A DNA stretch of 64,000 bases from Octopus vulgaris. Lineage: Eukaryota. Location: NCBI GenBank assembly GCA_951406725.2, contig OX597817.1:30380001-30444000 (forward strand). Direction: 5' to 3'. The notes beneath the pieces are model-generated. The model saw only the letters and a list, made by a program, of their open reading frames with translations. It did no database searches and was not told where the DNA came from. Position numbers and translations under genes: made by a program. This document shows positions 1-12,999 of this stretch, in pieces (the stretch's first letter is position 1; the number at the start of each line of letters is the position of its first letter).

Positions 1-105
1 ATTAGCAGCAGCCAAAAAATTGTTTCCAGTTCCCGTGTTTAAAAGACAAAAAAACGTTCTCCTGGATATGCTTTGAATGCAATGTTACAGTATGGCCTTA
101 AATAT

Positions 106-336
106 ATTTCTTTACTGCCCACAAGGGGCTAAACATAGAGGGGACAAACAAGGATAGACAAAGGGATTAATTTGATTACATCGACCCCAGTGCGAAACTG
201 GTACTTTATTTATCGACCCCGAAAGGATGAAAGGCAAAGTCGACCTCGGCGGAATTTGAACTCAAAACGTAACGACAGATGAATTACCGCTAAGCATTTC
301 GCCCGGCGTGCTAACGTGTCTGCCAGCTCGCTGCCT
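106..336 (-). mobile_element. tRNA-headed SINE, family B (full length)
   Basis: Minus strand starts AGGCAGCGAGCTGGCAG (A-box-like), has GAGTTCAAATTCC (B-box) and CCTTTCATCCTTTCGGGGTCGATAAA. Flanked by a ~17-bp TSD AG(T/C)ATGGCCTTAAATAT (89-105, 337-353). Further copies occur in the window. Confidence 0.9.
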
Positions 337-572
337 AGCATGGCCTTAAATATGATGGCTAATACAACCAAAAGAACTATAAAGCTTTGTATGCGAACTG
401 AAAAATTCCCATGTTGAGAAAGTTTCTGAAAACCTATGTGTAAACAAACTCTTGAGTGGTAAAAGCAGTCTGTTGCTCAATTTTAATCCTTACACTTGGG
501 GATAACTTTCTCCATTCTTCCAACTAATATTAGAGTACCAGGAAGCAGTTATGAGTACTCTCCTTCTTCCTC

Positions 573-793
573 TACAAAGGGGTGCTAGAAAGTTCCTGGC
601 TTTAAGGGTACTGCAAAAGGCTTGGTTGGAGGCCCAACCTTCTGCATTCTTTTACAGAGGTTAGAAAAACTGAAGGGCCACTGTAATAAGTGTGTGAATC
701 TGAGAGGGGAATATTTTGAATAAAATCATAATTAACTAATCCTCCTGTATTTTCTTTCCCCCAAAGCCAGGAACATTTCAGCACTCCCTCATA
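573..793 (+). mobile_element. Mariner-derived MITE (internally deleted)
   Basis: Imperfect ~30-bp TIRs (TACAAAGGGGTGCTAGAAAGTTCCTGGCTTT vs reverse complement TATGAGGGAGTGCTGAAATGTTCCTGGCTTT) with TA ends. Retains a mariner-like C-terminus LEKLKGHCNKCVNLRGEYFE*. Confidence 0.75.
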
Positions 794-959
794 ATTAATA
801 AGTATAAGCATAGCAATTACTCACAAATGAGGACATACTCACAAGTGAGTATGACTCGGTAGTAAGTGCCATGCTTTTGCTAAGTCACAAACAACAAACG
901 AGAAAACTAAGGTAACTTTTTGGTCCAGAGCAACATCAAGAATGTGACAACTGGCAGAA

Positions 960-1125
960 GAGGGAGCTGCACCAGTTGTAAGCTGGTTCTCCTTTTCAGC
1001 TGTGTAGGTTGGAGCAATGTGAAACAAAGTACCCTGCTTAAGAACACAATACGCTGCCTAGTTCAGACCTTGAACTCACAATTTGATGATTGTAATATCA
1101 ACATCCTAACCACTGGGCCAATGTT
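960..1125 (-). mobile_element. Degenerate tRNA-headed SINE fragment, family E
   Basis: Similar to 43497-43745 (GGAGCAATGTGAAA..., AAGAACACAAT..., CCTAACCACT). Confidence 0.6.
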
Positions 1126-2369
1126 TTTCTATGACTAGTCTATATAAAATCTTTCAATACTAATAAAGAGCAATATAAAAGTTCATATATTTAACTAATG
1201 GCCTTGTGAAGAAAACCCAATTTGTATTCTGAATAGTGACAGAATATAAAGAAAGCTATAGTAAGATATCTATAGGTAAAGGCATAACTGGTGCATTCAC
1301 TTTCTTAAAGAAATTAATTCAGCTCAGGTTTTGGTTTGACAGTTGATCAAACCAGGGACATGTACACTGCTGTATCATTTTCAACTAAATGAATTAAGGC
1401 AACAGCAATTGTTAAACAATGTCAATTGAAAATGTACATGCTCCATACTTACATTGTGGTGAGTAGGCTCCTAAGGAACAATATGGCCATTTCCAAAATG
1501 ATATTCATGATCAGAAATACACAAGATGTCATAAAACAAGCAGGCAATTTTCTTATCCTGTATACAAGTGTTAAGTAATAAATACTATTATTTATTCAAA
1601 ATCTTTGAAAATTGTGATGTGCAGTGCATTTTTTAGAGTTCTATACAGCTGTGTATGTATAGAAAGTTTATAGATATTTGTTTTGAAATCTCTCAAGAAA
1701 TGGAAACTATAGAATCAAATGAAGCCATACATTCAGAGAACTTAAACAATATTTGAAAATCAGATATTATTAGTGTCTTTTAAAATTTTTATTTGAAAAA
1801 CACTTTCGTTCTTTTATATTTACAATACGGCTCTTAGATCAGATAATACAATTATAAAATAATTGTGTTGGTTTTGATAAAGATACTGATGATTTTTATG
1901 AATGTATACAAATTCATAGAACAGAAAATGTGATAAAATCATTATCGGCATAAACAGAAATCAGTATTAGATTGTGGAACAGAGTACGCAAAGACTTACA
2001 TGCTAACCATTCTAGTAGCAGTAGTAGTGATGATAGCAGGAAGAATGGTAGTGACAGCAATCATGATGAGGATTTCTTTCACATAAATCCAAGGTTAAAA
2101 TTGTAAAGAATGTTTATGAATACGTTAAAGGATATTCTCAACAGATATTGCTTGGACTTATTTAATGATTCAAGAATAATGGAAACCAAACTTGGCACTA
2201 ACAAGATTTGAACAGAGAAACACAGAATTTAAAACTAAATACCATACAATTTCTTTAAACTCAGATATTCCTACACAGAAAAGCCATTCTCACCATTTAA
2301 AAGTGCACAAAGCTGTTAAATTCGATTTAAATTTTAATTTATTTTGTGAGACATCAAAATTTTTTATAC

Positions 2370-2535
2370 AGACGTAGGAGTGGCTGTGTGGTAAGTAGCT
2401 TGCTTACCAACCACATGGTTCTGGATTCAGACCCACTGTGTGGCACCTTGAGCAAGTGTCTTCTACTATAACCTCGGGCTGTCCAAAGCCTTGTGAGTGG
2501 ATTTGGTAGACGGAAACTGAAAGAAGCCTGCCGTA

Positions 2536-2594
<59 letters not shown>

Positions 2595-2803
2595 ACATGT
2601 GTGTATATGTTTGTGTGTCTGTGTTTGTCCCCACAACATCGCTTGACAACCGATGTTGACGGTCCCCGCAACTTAGCGGTTCGGTAAAAGAGACCGATAG
2701 AATAAGTACTAGACTTACAAAGAATAAGTCCTGGGGTCGATTTGCTCGACTAAAGGCGGTGCTCCAGCATGGCTGCAGTCAAATGACTGAAATAAGTAAA
2801 AGA
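2370..2803 (+). mobile_element. tRNA-headed SINE, family A, with internal (TA)n(TG)n microsatellite
   Basis: Head GTAGGAGTGGCTGTGTGGTAAG...GGATTCAGACCC and tail GGCGGTGCTCCAGCATGG...GACTGAAA..GTAAAAGA. About 15 full or partial copies in the window. Confidence 0.9.
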
Positions 2804-3189
2804 AAAAACTGCAACTTCATCATTAACAATTGCACTGCAGCAGAAAAGAAAAATAAAGTACTTGCATCTATAATGTGGACTAGTACTGGAACCATTCTAC
2901 ACAACCCACCTTTACTAACCTGTCCCTCCCTTTCTTCTAATCATTGAAATTAATCCCTTCTTTTTCTCTAGTCTCTTCCCTACTCTATCCTCAAATATGG
3001 GTCTACATCATTTCTATTCAGTATCAATCTCTCAAAATGATAAGTCTTTTCTTCCCCTCATATTTTTACCCTCTCTCATCACCTTGCTCCAAATCACCTC
3101 TCTCTTTCCTTCACTTTCTCTCCCCTCTCTACTATTCCTCTTAAATTATAGAGGTATTAACAATTGATTTTGTGCTGAATATTTTTGAT

Positions 3190-3227
3190 TATACATACAT
3201 ACATTCATACATACATACATACATACA

Positions 3228-3258
<31 letters not shown>

Positions 3259-3298
3259 GTACGTACATACATACGTACATACATAAATATATAGATAT

Positions 3299-3351
<53 letters not shown>

Positions 3352-3565
3352 TATATATATGTACATATATATATACATATAATTACATGCATATACATAC
3401 ACATGCAAACACATATATATATACATATACATATGTATATATGTATACATATGTATGTTTTTGTAGGTATATATGTAATTATATATGTATGTATATGTAT
3501 ATATATATAATTATATATATACATGTGTGTACGCATGTATATGCATATATAAGTAGTATATATTA
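3190..3565. repeat. Compound (TACA)n/(CA)n/(TA)n microsatellite
   Basis: Directly visible; gives rise to spurious YIYI/MYVC ORFs. Confidence 0.95.
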
Positions 3566-3924
3566 TCAACCATAATTGTTTCAGTCGTTTACTCTTGCAA
3601 GATTCAAAGTGGTCACAGAATTGCTGAAAGAAAAAAAGAAAAAAACACTTCTTACACTTTGTAATATGTTTGGCATTAGTAAGATCATCGAGATGTAGAC
3701 ACCAAGCCAAAACAGGCATTGGAGCATGACACGGTTCTATGACATTACAAATTCTGTTAAACTATCAAATCATCAAACCCAGGCCAGTAAGGTTACCCAA
3801 CGTTAAATGATGACAAATAGCAGAAGGAAACAAAGAAAGAGAAAAGAAAAGGTCTATAAGAACTAGTTATTAGCAGATTTCAGATAGTTACAGTGGAACT
3901 GTATCAGTGATCAGGGTACAGTTA

Positions 3925-4351
3925 CTCTCTCTCTCTCTTTCTTTTACTCTTTTACTTACTTCCATCATTTGACTGCGGCCATGCTGGAGCACTGCCTTTA
4001 GTCGAGCAAAACAGACTCCATTACTTATTCTTTGTAAGCCTAGTATTTATTCTATCAGTCTCTTTTGCCAAACCGCTAAGTTACGGGGACGTAAACACAC
4101 CAGCATCAGTTGTCAAGCGATGCTGGAGGGACAAATACAGATACACAAACACACATACATATATATATATACATATACATATATATGACAGGCTTCTTTC
4201 AGTTTCCGTCTACCAAATCCACTCACAAGGCTTTGGTCAGTCTGAGGCTATAGTAGAAGACACTTGCCCAAGGTGCCATACAGTAGGACTAAACCCGGAA
4301 CCATGTGGTTGGTAAGCAAGCTACTTACCACACAGCCACACCTGCCCCTGT
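3925..4351 (-). mobile_element. SINE family A
   Basis: Reverse complement of the 2370-2803 element. Confidence 0.9.
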
Positions 4352-4619
4352 ATTTTTCATTGTTATGAATTTTAACAGTTTAAGGGATGCAGTTTCAGTC
4401 GTGCAATGAAAATTTTAAAATACATTTTCAATGAAAATTAGGAAATACATTTAACTTTAAAGCAACTGCTGAACAGCTGTGTAGGTTATGAAAAGCCTAG
4501 AATGGTTCTTCTATGATTCAGGTGCTTCATTTTCTAAAACAGTCTCAGATTAAGTCACTCACTAGACAGGTGCATCCCTGAAACTGTTAAAAATTCATAA
4601 ACAATGGCACACACCTGTG

Positions 4620-4946
4620 TCACCTTACTAGCATTTGTGCTGGTGGCACGTGAAAAAACATTCAAGTGAGGTCATTGCCAGTGCCACTGGACTTGCTCCT
4701 GTGCAGGTGGCACATAAAAAGCACCATTTGAGCGTGGCCATTGCCAGTACTGCCTGACTAGCCTTTGTGCCGGTGGCATGTAAAAGCACCCACTACACTC
4801 TCGGAGTGGTTGGCGTTAGGAAGGGCATCGAGCTGTAGAAACTCTGCCAGATCAGATTGGAGTCTGGTTCGCCAATCCTCAGTCAAATCATCCAACCAAA
4901 GCTAATATGGAAAGCGGACGTTAAACAATGATGATGATGATGATGA
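4620..4946 (+). mobile_element. RTE-LINE 3' UTR fragment (or RTE-tailed SINE) with (GAT)n tail
   Basis: GTGCCGGTGGCA.GTAAAAGCACC repeats, TGGTTGGCGTTAGGAAGGGCATC motif and GCGGACGTTAAAC(GAT)n end. Same sequence as the UTR attached to the RTE ORF at 37599-38785. Confidence 0.8.
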
Positions 4947-5459
4947 ATGAAAAATAGTGACTCCTTATAGAAATACATGCCTCAGATTTATGAATGAAAA
5001 GCAATTAAACATTGTGACTCATTCGTGCTATTTTTTAAGGATGCTATGTGTGTCCTTAAATTAGAAAACTGCAATCTGAGGTGGTTTACAAACTTAGCAA
5101 AATCTTACTTCCAAATTATATTGCTTACCACACAGTAAAGAATAATGCTTATAAAAATAGAAAAAATAAAATGTAAGTAATTCTTGAATCAATGCCAATA
5201 TATACACACATATATGTGTGTATGTGAATATGTATGTATGTATTTATGTATGTAAAAATGTATATGTATGTAAGTAAAATGGCTGTAAAATTTCTGAGAA
5301 AATATTAGATGTTTCTTATCATTTTTCCTTTGTATCGTATTGATTTAAATTTCCTTTGAATTGTATTAAACTTAATGTGTAACCAGTGTTACAAATTATT
5401 TTCTTCGGTTACTATTTTATTTCATAGCAAAATATGAAAAAAAGAAACAACTCAAAAAT

Positions 5460-5485
5460 GAACACACACACATATATATATATAC

Positions 5486-5553
<68 letters not shown>

Positions 5554-5601
5554 GCACAGACATACATATATACCTGTATGTATATATATATATATATATA
5601 T
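5460..5601. repeat. (CA)n/(TA)n microsatellite
   Basis: Directly visible. Confidence 0.95.
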
Positions 5602-5961
5602 TGTACAAATAGAAAGAAAAGTTAATGTAATGACCGACAAAATGAAATGAATATGATGAGAGTGCAAAATTATGTAGCTAGAAAATGATAAGTTTCATAC
5701 AGCATCTGTTGGTGAGAAATTATCTAGATGGCTGGCAAATAATTATAACAGTTTATCATAGCAAAATATATATAGTATAATCTACCATACATTAACCAGA
5801 AATGTTGATATAACTGATATTTACATGGGTGTTCCTGTGTGTGGTTTTGTATAATCTACTGTATAATGTACCATGAGTCTTTAAAGTTGATGTGCTTTAT
5901 ATTACTGGGTTTCAATTGTATCAAGATTGGTTTCTTTCTTCTCATTTAGTAGTTGAATATA

Positions 5962-6163
5962 TACTCTCTTTTACTCTTTTACTTGTTTCAGTCATTTGAC
6001 TGCGGCCATGCTGGAGCACCACCTTTTAATCGAGCAACTCGACCCCGGGACTTATTCTTTTTGTAAGCCCAGTACTTATTCTATCGGTCTCTTTTGCTGA
6101 ACCGCTAAGTGACTGGGACGTAAACACACCAGCATAGGGGGACAAACACAGACACACAAACAT

Positions 6164-6249
<86 letters not shown>

Positions 6250-6420
6250 TATATATACGACGGGCTTCTTTCAGTTTCCGTCTACCAAATCCACTCACAA
6301 GGCATTGGTCGGCCCGGGGCTATAGTAGAAGACACTTGCCCAAGATGTCATGCAGTGGGACTGAACCCGGAACCATGTGGTTGGTAAGCAAGCTACTTAC
6401 CACACAGCCACTCCTACGCC
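5962..6420 (-). mobile_element. SINE family A with expanded internal (TA)n
   Basis: Full head and tail match to family A. Confidence 0.9.
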
Positions 6421-6440
6421 ATATATATATTTTCTTTTAA

Positions 6441-9272
6441 TTTCTTTTATGAGTTTCAGCCAGAAGCTGAGGCCATGCTGGTGCACTGCCTTTACTGCGA
6501 CTGGAAATTTTTCCAGTATTGCTCCTGGTGAAGTAGTGAGTTGGATGTTACCACTCTTCTTTGTGCCTCCTGCTGTGATGTGGGTTCGTCCAGTATTGCA
6601 GATAAAAAACTGTCTTGACGTTTTTTGAAAACTTCCATGTCTATACCTTGCAGATTCCTGATGTTCTGTGGTCAGGCATTAAAAAATTGTGGTCCCTTGA
6701 ATCCTAAGCTATTACAATATTGGGTTCGTATCCTCAATGAAAAAGATGGGATCTTTGGTACTGTACAGTGCCATCCAGCTTGGTGTTGTTGTAGATTTCA
6801 ATTCCAAAACTGGAGCTAGACCCTCCATTATTTTCCATATGTATAGCACTGCATATCTCTCATCTCTCCTCTCCAGGGAGTAGAGCTTTAGTTCCTTCAA
6901 CCTCTCCTAGTAGCGCGTGTGTTTTACTGAGTCTGTCTTCTTTGTGTAGTGGCATTGGATCACTTCTAGTTCCGCAATTAGTTTTACACTCTGCAGGGAC
7001 CACAGTTGGGAACAGTAATCCAGATGACTGAGGACAAAGGCTCTCCAAAGCAGAAGCATTGTGTCTCTGTTCCTGGTCCTGAAGGATCTAAGGATCCAAC
7101 CTGCCACCTGCCTGCATATGCACATTGCCATCTGAGCAATGTGCACATGGAAAGTTGTATCATTGTTCATGTGGATTCCCAGGTCATACACCAACTCTAT
7201 CTCTGGTATTGCATTGCCTGCTGGTCCCATGTACTTCAGCTGTAGTTTTTTTGTTGGCTGATAGTGGAGTGCTTGAAATTTTGCAGTGCATCGAACTGCA
7301 TATTATTCTCATCAGCCCATTTATATATTGCGTTCAGTTCATTCTGCAGTCTTAGGTTGTCAGTAAGATTCTTGACCACCTGTGATACTTTTGTATCATC
7401 TGCGTAGTTGGTGAGTGTGGCTGACTCTATGGCTGAGGGAAAGTCCAAGAGAGCAACCACAAACAGTAGTAGTCCCAGCACCATTCCCTGAGGGACTCCT
7501 CTGAGGATTGGTGTCACTTCAGGGAGAGCGCCATTTGCTGCGACAGCCTGACGTCTGCATTTCATAAAATCATGCAGCCACTCTTTCAGGCTACTAGTGA
7601 TACTGAGGTCACACAATTTGTGACATACCATGCCATGATCGACTTTGCCAAAGGCCTTGGCAAAGTCGAGGTAAATCACATACACAATTGAATGGTTGAG
7701 CTGTTGTTTTAGTGCCCAGTTGAATTGTTGTTGCAGCTCCTTCCAAGACAGAAACCATACTCTTTTACTTGTTTCTGTCATTTGACTGTGGCCATGCTGG
7801 AGCACCGCCTTTTAGTCGAGCAAATTGACCCCAGGACTTATTCTTTGTAAGCCTAGTACTTATTCTATCGGTCTCTTTTGCCGAACCGCTAAGTGACGGG
7901 GACGTAAACAAACTAGCATCGGTTGTCAAGCAATGCTAGGGGGACAAACACAGACACACACACACATACATATATACATATATACGACAGGCTTCTTTCA
8001 GTTTCTGTCTGCCAAATCCACTCAAAAGGCATTGGTCGGCCCGGAGCTATAGCAGAAGACACTTGCCTAAGATGCGACACAGTGGGACTGAACCCAGAAC
8101 CATGTGGTTGGTTAGCAAGCTACTAACCACACAGCCACTCCTGCGCCATGTTGCGTATCTGTAAGCAAGTCATTTTCTTATAGGAACATGGTCAGTCTTT
8201 TTCTGACAATGCATTCTATGATCTTGCTGACATGTGAGGTCATAGAGATAGGCCTGTAGTTTATAACATCTGCTCTGCTTCCTCCTTTGTGTACAGGGCA
8301 GATTATTCCTTCTTTTAATGTTTGAGGAAATGTACCACATTCAAGGAAACTCTGGAAAAGCATTTGCAGTGGTTTTACAAGAGCTCTCTTGCATAATTTC
8401 AAAGAAATGCTGAGAGTCCATCTGGGCCTGTTGGAGAGTTTGGGTTTATCTCGTCAAGGGCCGACAATACATCCTCTTCTATAATGTCAATGTAATTGAC
8501 GGTCGCCTTTTTCTCTTGTAGGTTAGAGGTGTTGAAGAACTCATCAGGTCTGCTTATTTTCATGTTTTCAAGTGGGGAGGTGAAAACACTTTGGAATTGT
8601 TTATTGAGTACTTCACTTATCCTCTTGGGGTCTGCAGTTAATGAGTCCTTTTCCTCAAACAGTGGCCCTATCCTGTATTGCACAGAGGCAGACTCTTCTG
8701 CCAACTTGTAGAAGGCTTTAGGATTTCTTTTTATATTTTCCACCGCCCTGACTTTGTTTATCCTTTCTCCTTCATGGGAGAGTCTAATTTTATTCTCAGT
8801 TTCCAAGAGTGCCATTTTGAGGTAGGGCTTTTTGCTGTCATTAGGCTCCTTATGTAAGTGATTCGGGATCTTTATCCTCCGTCACATTAGGATTCTTCTA
8901 TCTCGGGAAATAATGTTCTTATGTATGGTGGTTTTCTTCTCTGGGACAAACTTAATGAATACAGCTCACGTTATTGACATGAATTCATTGAATTCCATGT
9001 CAGTGTCTTGCATGGACAGACTTTTAAGCCAGTTTTGCTGGAGTATCTCTTTGTTGATGGACTTCCAGTCATCCTTGTAGAAGTTCAGGTTAACTAGTGC
9101 CCAGGATACAGCAGTGTTGTATGATTCTTTAATTAGCTTTGGACCATATATTGATAGTTTTATCATGTTACGGTCTGAGTGGGTAGATGGTGATATGTTT
9201 ATGTTATGGATGAGGTTCTTATTGTTTGTGAAGCAGAGATCCAGGATGCTGTTATTTCTGGTTGGGGAAAGT
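6441..9272 (-). mobile_element. 5'-truncated, decayed CR1-group (CR1/Zenon-like) LINE ORF2 pseudogene (APE C-terminus plus RT)
   Basis: Minus-strand motifs in expected order: PTRNNSILDLCFTNN..SDRN (end of APE), PTGPDG, NYRPISMTSHVSK, QHGF..GRSC, YLDFAKAFGKVDHG, GVPQG, YADDTK, HLDYCSQLW, LERRDERY, GPQFFN. Stops and frameshifts present; interrupted by a SINE at 7759-8147. Confidence 0.9.
7759..8147 (-). mobile_element. SINE family A nested in the LINE RT region
   Basis: Full family A sequence; splits the LINE QHGF motif with a short CCAT duplication. Confidence 0.9.
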
Positions 9273-9469
9273 ATGCTTTTTGTATAGCATCAGCACCCAC
9301 ACCAGCGCTTTTTATGTGGCACCTTAATTTTAGGCTCTCGATTCTTCAGTTTCCCCAAGTACAGCAATGCACCATAAATCTCAGCCCTGTGTCATCTCCT
9401 TTCTGCATGAAATTATTTAGGCCCCTGTTGATAAGTTCATGTCACATTGTTGCTTTTTGCTATCATAAT

Positions 9470-9855
9470 AATATCATCATCATCATCATCATCATCGTTT
9501 AGCGTCTGCTTTCCATGCTAGCATGGGTTGGACAGTTCAACTGGGGTCTGTGAAGTCAGAAGGCTGCATCAGGCCCAGTCTGATTGGCAGTGTTTCTACA
9601 GCTGGATGCCCTTCCTAACGCCAACCACTCCATGAGTGTAGTGGGTGCTTTTTACGTGCCACCCACACAGGTGCCAGACGGAGCTGGAAAACGGCCACGG
9701 ACAGATGGTGCTTTTTATGTGCCACTGGCACGGGGGCCAGGCGAGCGTGGCAAACGGCCACGGACGGATGGTGCTTTTTACGTGCCACCGGCACGGGGGC
9801 CAGGCGAGACTGGCAACGGCCACGAATGGATGGTGCTTTTCACGTGTCACCGTAA
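9470..9855 (-). mobile_element. RTE 3' UTR fragment with ~61-bp internal tandem repeats
   Basis: (CAT)n tail on plus strand, GGATGCCCTTCCTAACGCCAACCAC motif, and 3-4 units of GGTGCTTTTTACGTGCCACCGGCAC.... Confidence 0.85.
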
Positions 9856-9899
9856 AAGAATATCAATTTATGTGTCATCATAAAAGAATATCAATTCTT

Positions 9900-10850
9900 T
9901 TATTGGTAGGTCAGTGTGGTGAAGTAGCTAGGATGCTGGCACCACTTAGTTGAAATTTTGCAAGATGCGATTCTTCAGTGACACTTGTTCTTTCATTGGA
10001 TACTACACATAGTAGGGTAAAGAAGATGTTGTCAGTCATCACTCACGTTTAGTATTTCAGTGATAAAATTTACCATGTATGGAGATAATTTGATGGTGTC
10101 AGATCACATGCGAGTTTGCACAATTATATAAGCTATAGGAAGCTGTAGTCTCTACTAGCAACAGAAATTTATATATTTTGCCACTGTGGGTGAAGTAGCC
10201 ATGCCCAGGGTTGTATTTACTGGTTATCAGTGACTAATGATTTAAAATTCATCAAGAGAGCATACCTTTGTCACAAGAAGGTAGATAACTTTCCTGTTGA
10301 TGGATATGACTGGCTCATAGAGTATATGGAATCAAATTTGACAATCTCAAGTTCCAGATGCATAAGGGAGTTCTTATCAAAGATAATCCTTGTCATTTGG
10401 GGAAAGTCAATTCTACGTTTCTAGAGTTTTCAAATAAAAGTGTACAAGGCAGAGGAAACTTTTACCTATTCAGAAGTATTGTGAAACATGAGTAACTTTC
10501 TAATGTTCATAATGATTCTGATATCAAAGTTGCTAATTTTAGATTTAGGGCCTTCAAGGAAAGATATTTCAATAATGAATTGTAGGAATTCCACATTACA
10601 AAACTAGGTGAACTTGCAAGCTGCTTTATTCTTGATGATGCAGAACCTGGTGAAGCACCTCTAATCTCACTGAATTAACCCAGTAACCCTTCCGATATTG
10701 GAATTGATGAAAATGAGGAAAGCATGCACTTACAAGGCCTATTTCATTCTTAAAGGGGTTGATTAACCTACATTTAGGATTGGAAAGGAAGATTAGTTTG
10801 TTGTCCTTAAGTGTGACGTAGTGGGCTAGCAAAACAGTCCACAAAATTTT
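9900..10850 (-). mobile_element. Decayed Penelope-like (Neptune-type) RT fragment
   Basis: ORF 10626-10844 contains YVTLKDNKLIFLSNPKCRLINPFKNEIGLVS, matching the Neptune RT ITLKDHK..F...P.CRLINP.KSE.G motif. Downstream remnants include IRIIMNIRKLLMFHN. Confidence 0.65.
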
Positions 10851-12416
10851 ATACCTTTAAGAGAGTGGTTAACACCTTTGTTTCAGTGTTTATCTCACTG
10901 CTTGTTGAGATGCTGGTTTTCTTTATGTTTACATGATGGTGTTTGGGTGTTGAGATGTTTGTTTCGTATATTTTGTTTAGTATATAAGAATGTGAATATT
11001 AGGTGATTGTTCAGAGTGACTCATGTAAGTTTAAAGAATTTAAGAAGGGCTTAGAACTATGTTAAAAATCTTCTCATTTTGATAAAAATCTGCAGAACAG
11101 TGAATAAGTGATGCTGACATCTTGTCTGTCTCACCATGTGGACTTAATAAATGAATTGATGCTGCTATGATAGGAAAGACAACCACATCACCTGAACTGA
11201 CTAATAGAGGCCTAAACATTCTCACTTAGAAACCAGTTTAAATTTCGTTCAGATTCACTCTCTTTTTCTTCAAACTTCTAATGACATGAGGGTGGTCTCT
11301 ACCAATGTGACCATCAGTAATAAGGAACTGAGTTAAACTGTCATTGATTATGTCAATATTATGGTGTTGCTTAATAGTGTCAAAACGTAGGAAAATTAAA
11401 ACCTCATAATGGCCTAGAGATTTTGTGTCTCAGTGAAGATGGAAGAAACGTCTTATGAAATATTCAGCTGGTCCCAAATTGAGTATAATAGGAATTCATT
11501 TTTCCCTGTTTACCTAATCATTATGGTCTATCATGGATTATGGCCAGGTCATGGGTTTTATACAATAGTGCTTCCAAATTTTGGTGCAAGGCCGGAAATT
11601 TTGGAGTGGGAGCAATTACATTGAACTCAGTGTTCAATTGGTGCTTATTTTATTGACCCAGAAATTATGAAAGGCAAAACCAATCCCAGTGGCCTTTTGA
11701 ACCCAGAACATGAAGTCAAAAGAAATGCTGCTAAGGATTTTTCTCCCCAATGCGTTATTGATTATGCCAGCTCATTGGTTTTACCAAAATTAAGCATGAT
11801 GATTAGCTTACTACACATATTTCATTTTCAAATCACTATCAAAACATATCTGACATAAAGAAGAGATTTTAGAGTAACAATATGAAGGTGTCAATCAAAC
11901 AAAGCTCTTCTTTGCTTAGTCAAAAGAAATGTATAATCAACTGAACTGGCACCCTGTAATAGACTTTTGACATTTTGAATAATATGCTCAATACTGAAGC
12001 AAATATGTAGATTAGTACATACTTCAAATATGGGAGAGTATAAACTAATCACTTAAATTAATATTACCTGTAGTATATGATGAGGCAGGCATTGTTACAA
12101 AAATTCTTCAGTAAACCTGAGATATTTACCAATGCAAATAAAATCAGTATTGATTGTTATAGAGTACATAACCTCTAACTATACAGTGATAGACTAACTC
12201 ATGATGGCTGCACAACACATATGAATACATGAATGAATATATTGTACATTCTGGTTACATTATTAGTAAAGGAAAAGGTTATTGAAACAAGATACAGGAA
12301 ACAATATCAGACAAAAATCATAGATCAATAGATTTATGTAAAAGTAGTGTAGTGAAGACTGACTGAGCTCCAACACACACACACACACACACAACAGTAT
12401 ACGATGAGTAGTGTTG

Positions 12417-12467
<51 letters not shown>

Positions 12468-12496
12468 TGTGTGGTTTATATCAGGTAATGTTATAT

Positions 12497-12700
12497 ATTC
12501 TTTTACTTGTTTCAGTCATTTGACTGTAGCCATGCTGGAGCACCATCTTTAGTTGAACAATTCAACCCCAGGACTTATTCTATGGAAGCTGAGTATTTAT
12601 TCTATCAGTCGCTTTTGCTGAGCCACTAAGCTACAGGGATGTAAACACACCAACATCAGTTGTCAAGTGATGGTTTGAGACAAACACAGACACACACACG

Positions 12701-12732
<32 letters not shown>

Positions 12733-12890
12733 CAACGGGCTTCTTTCCATCTAACAAATCCACTCACAAGGCTTCGGTCAGCCAGAGGCTATAGTAGAAG
12801 ACACTTGCCCAAGGTGCCATGCAGTGGGACTGAACCCAGAACCGTGTGGTTGGGAATTAAGCTTCTTACCACACAGCCACTCCTGCACCT
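12497..12890 (-). mobile_element. SINE family A
   Basis: Family A match, moderately diverged. Confidence 0.88.
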
Positions 12891-12999
12891 ATATGTGCAA
12901 TAGTTATAATTTTACAATTTAAATGTTCTTATAAAAAACAATGCTGTAAATAGTAATTTTTAAAACAAAATTAGTTACTAAATTAACATAAAATTATAT

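Noticed and set aside
7236-7805. 189-aa RT ORF as a functional or domesticated gene
   Set aside because: Fragment of a frameshifted LINE; its start comes from the inserted SINE tail.
9645-9850. Regularly spaced GGTGCTTTTTACGTGCCACC repeats resembling a CRISPR array
   Set aside because: The intervening segments are similar to each other (tandem units), they lie in an RTE UTR, no cas genes are present, and the context is eukaryotic.
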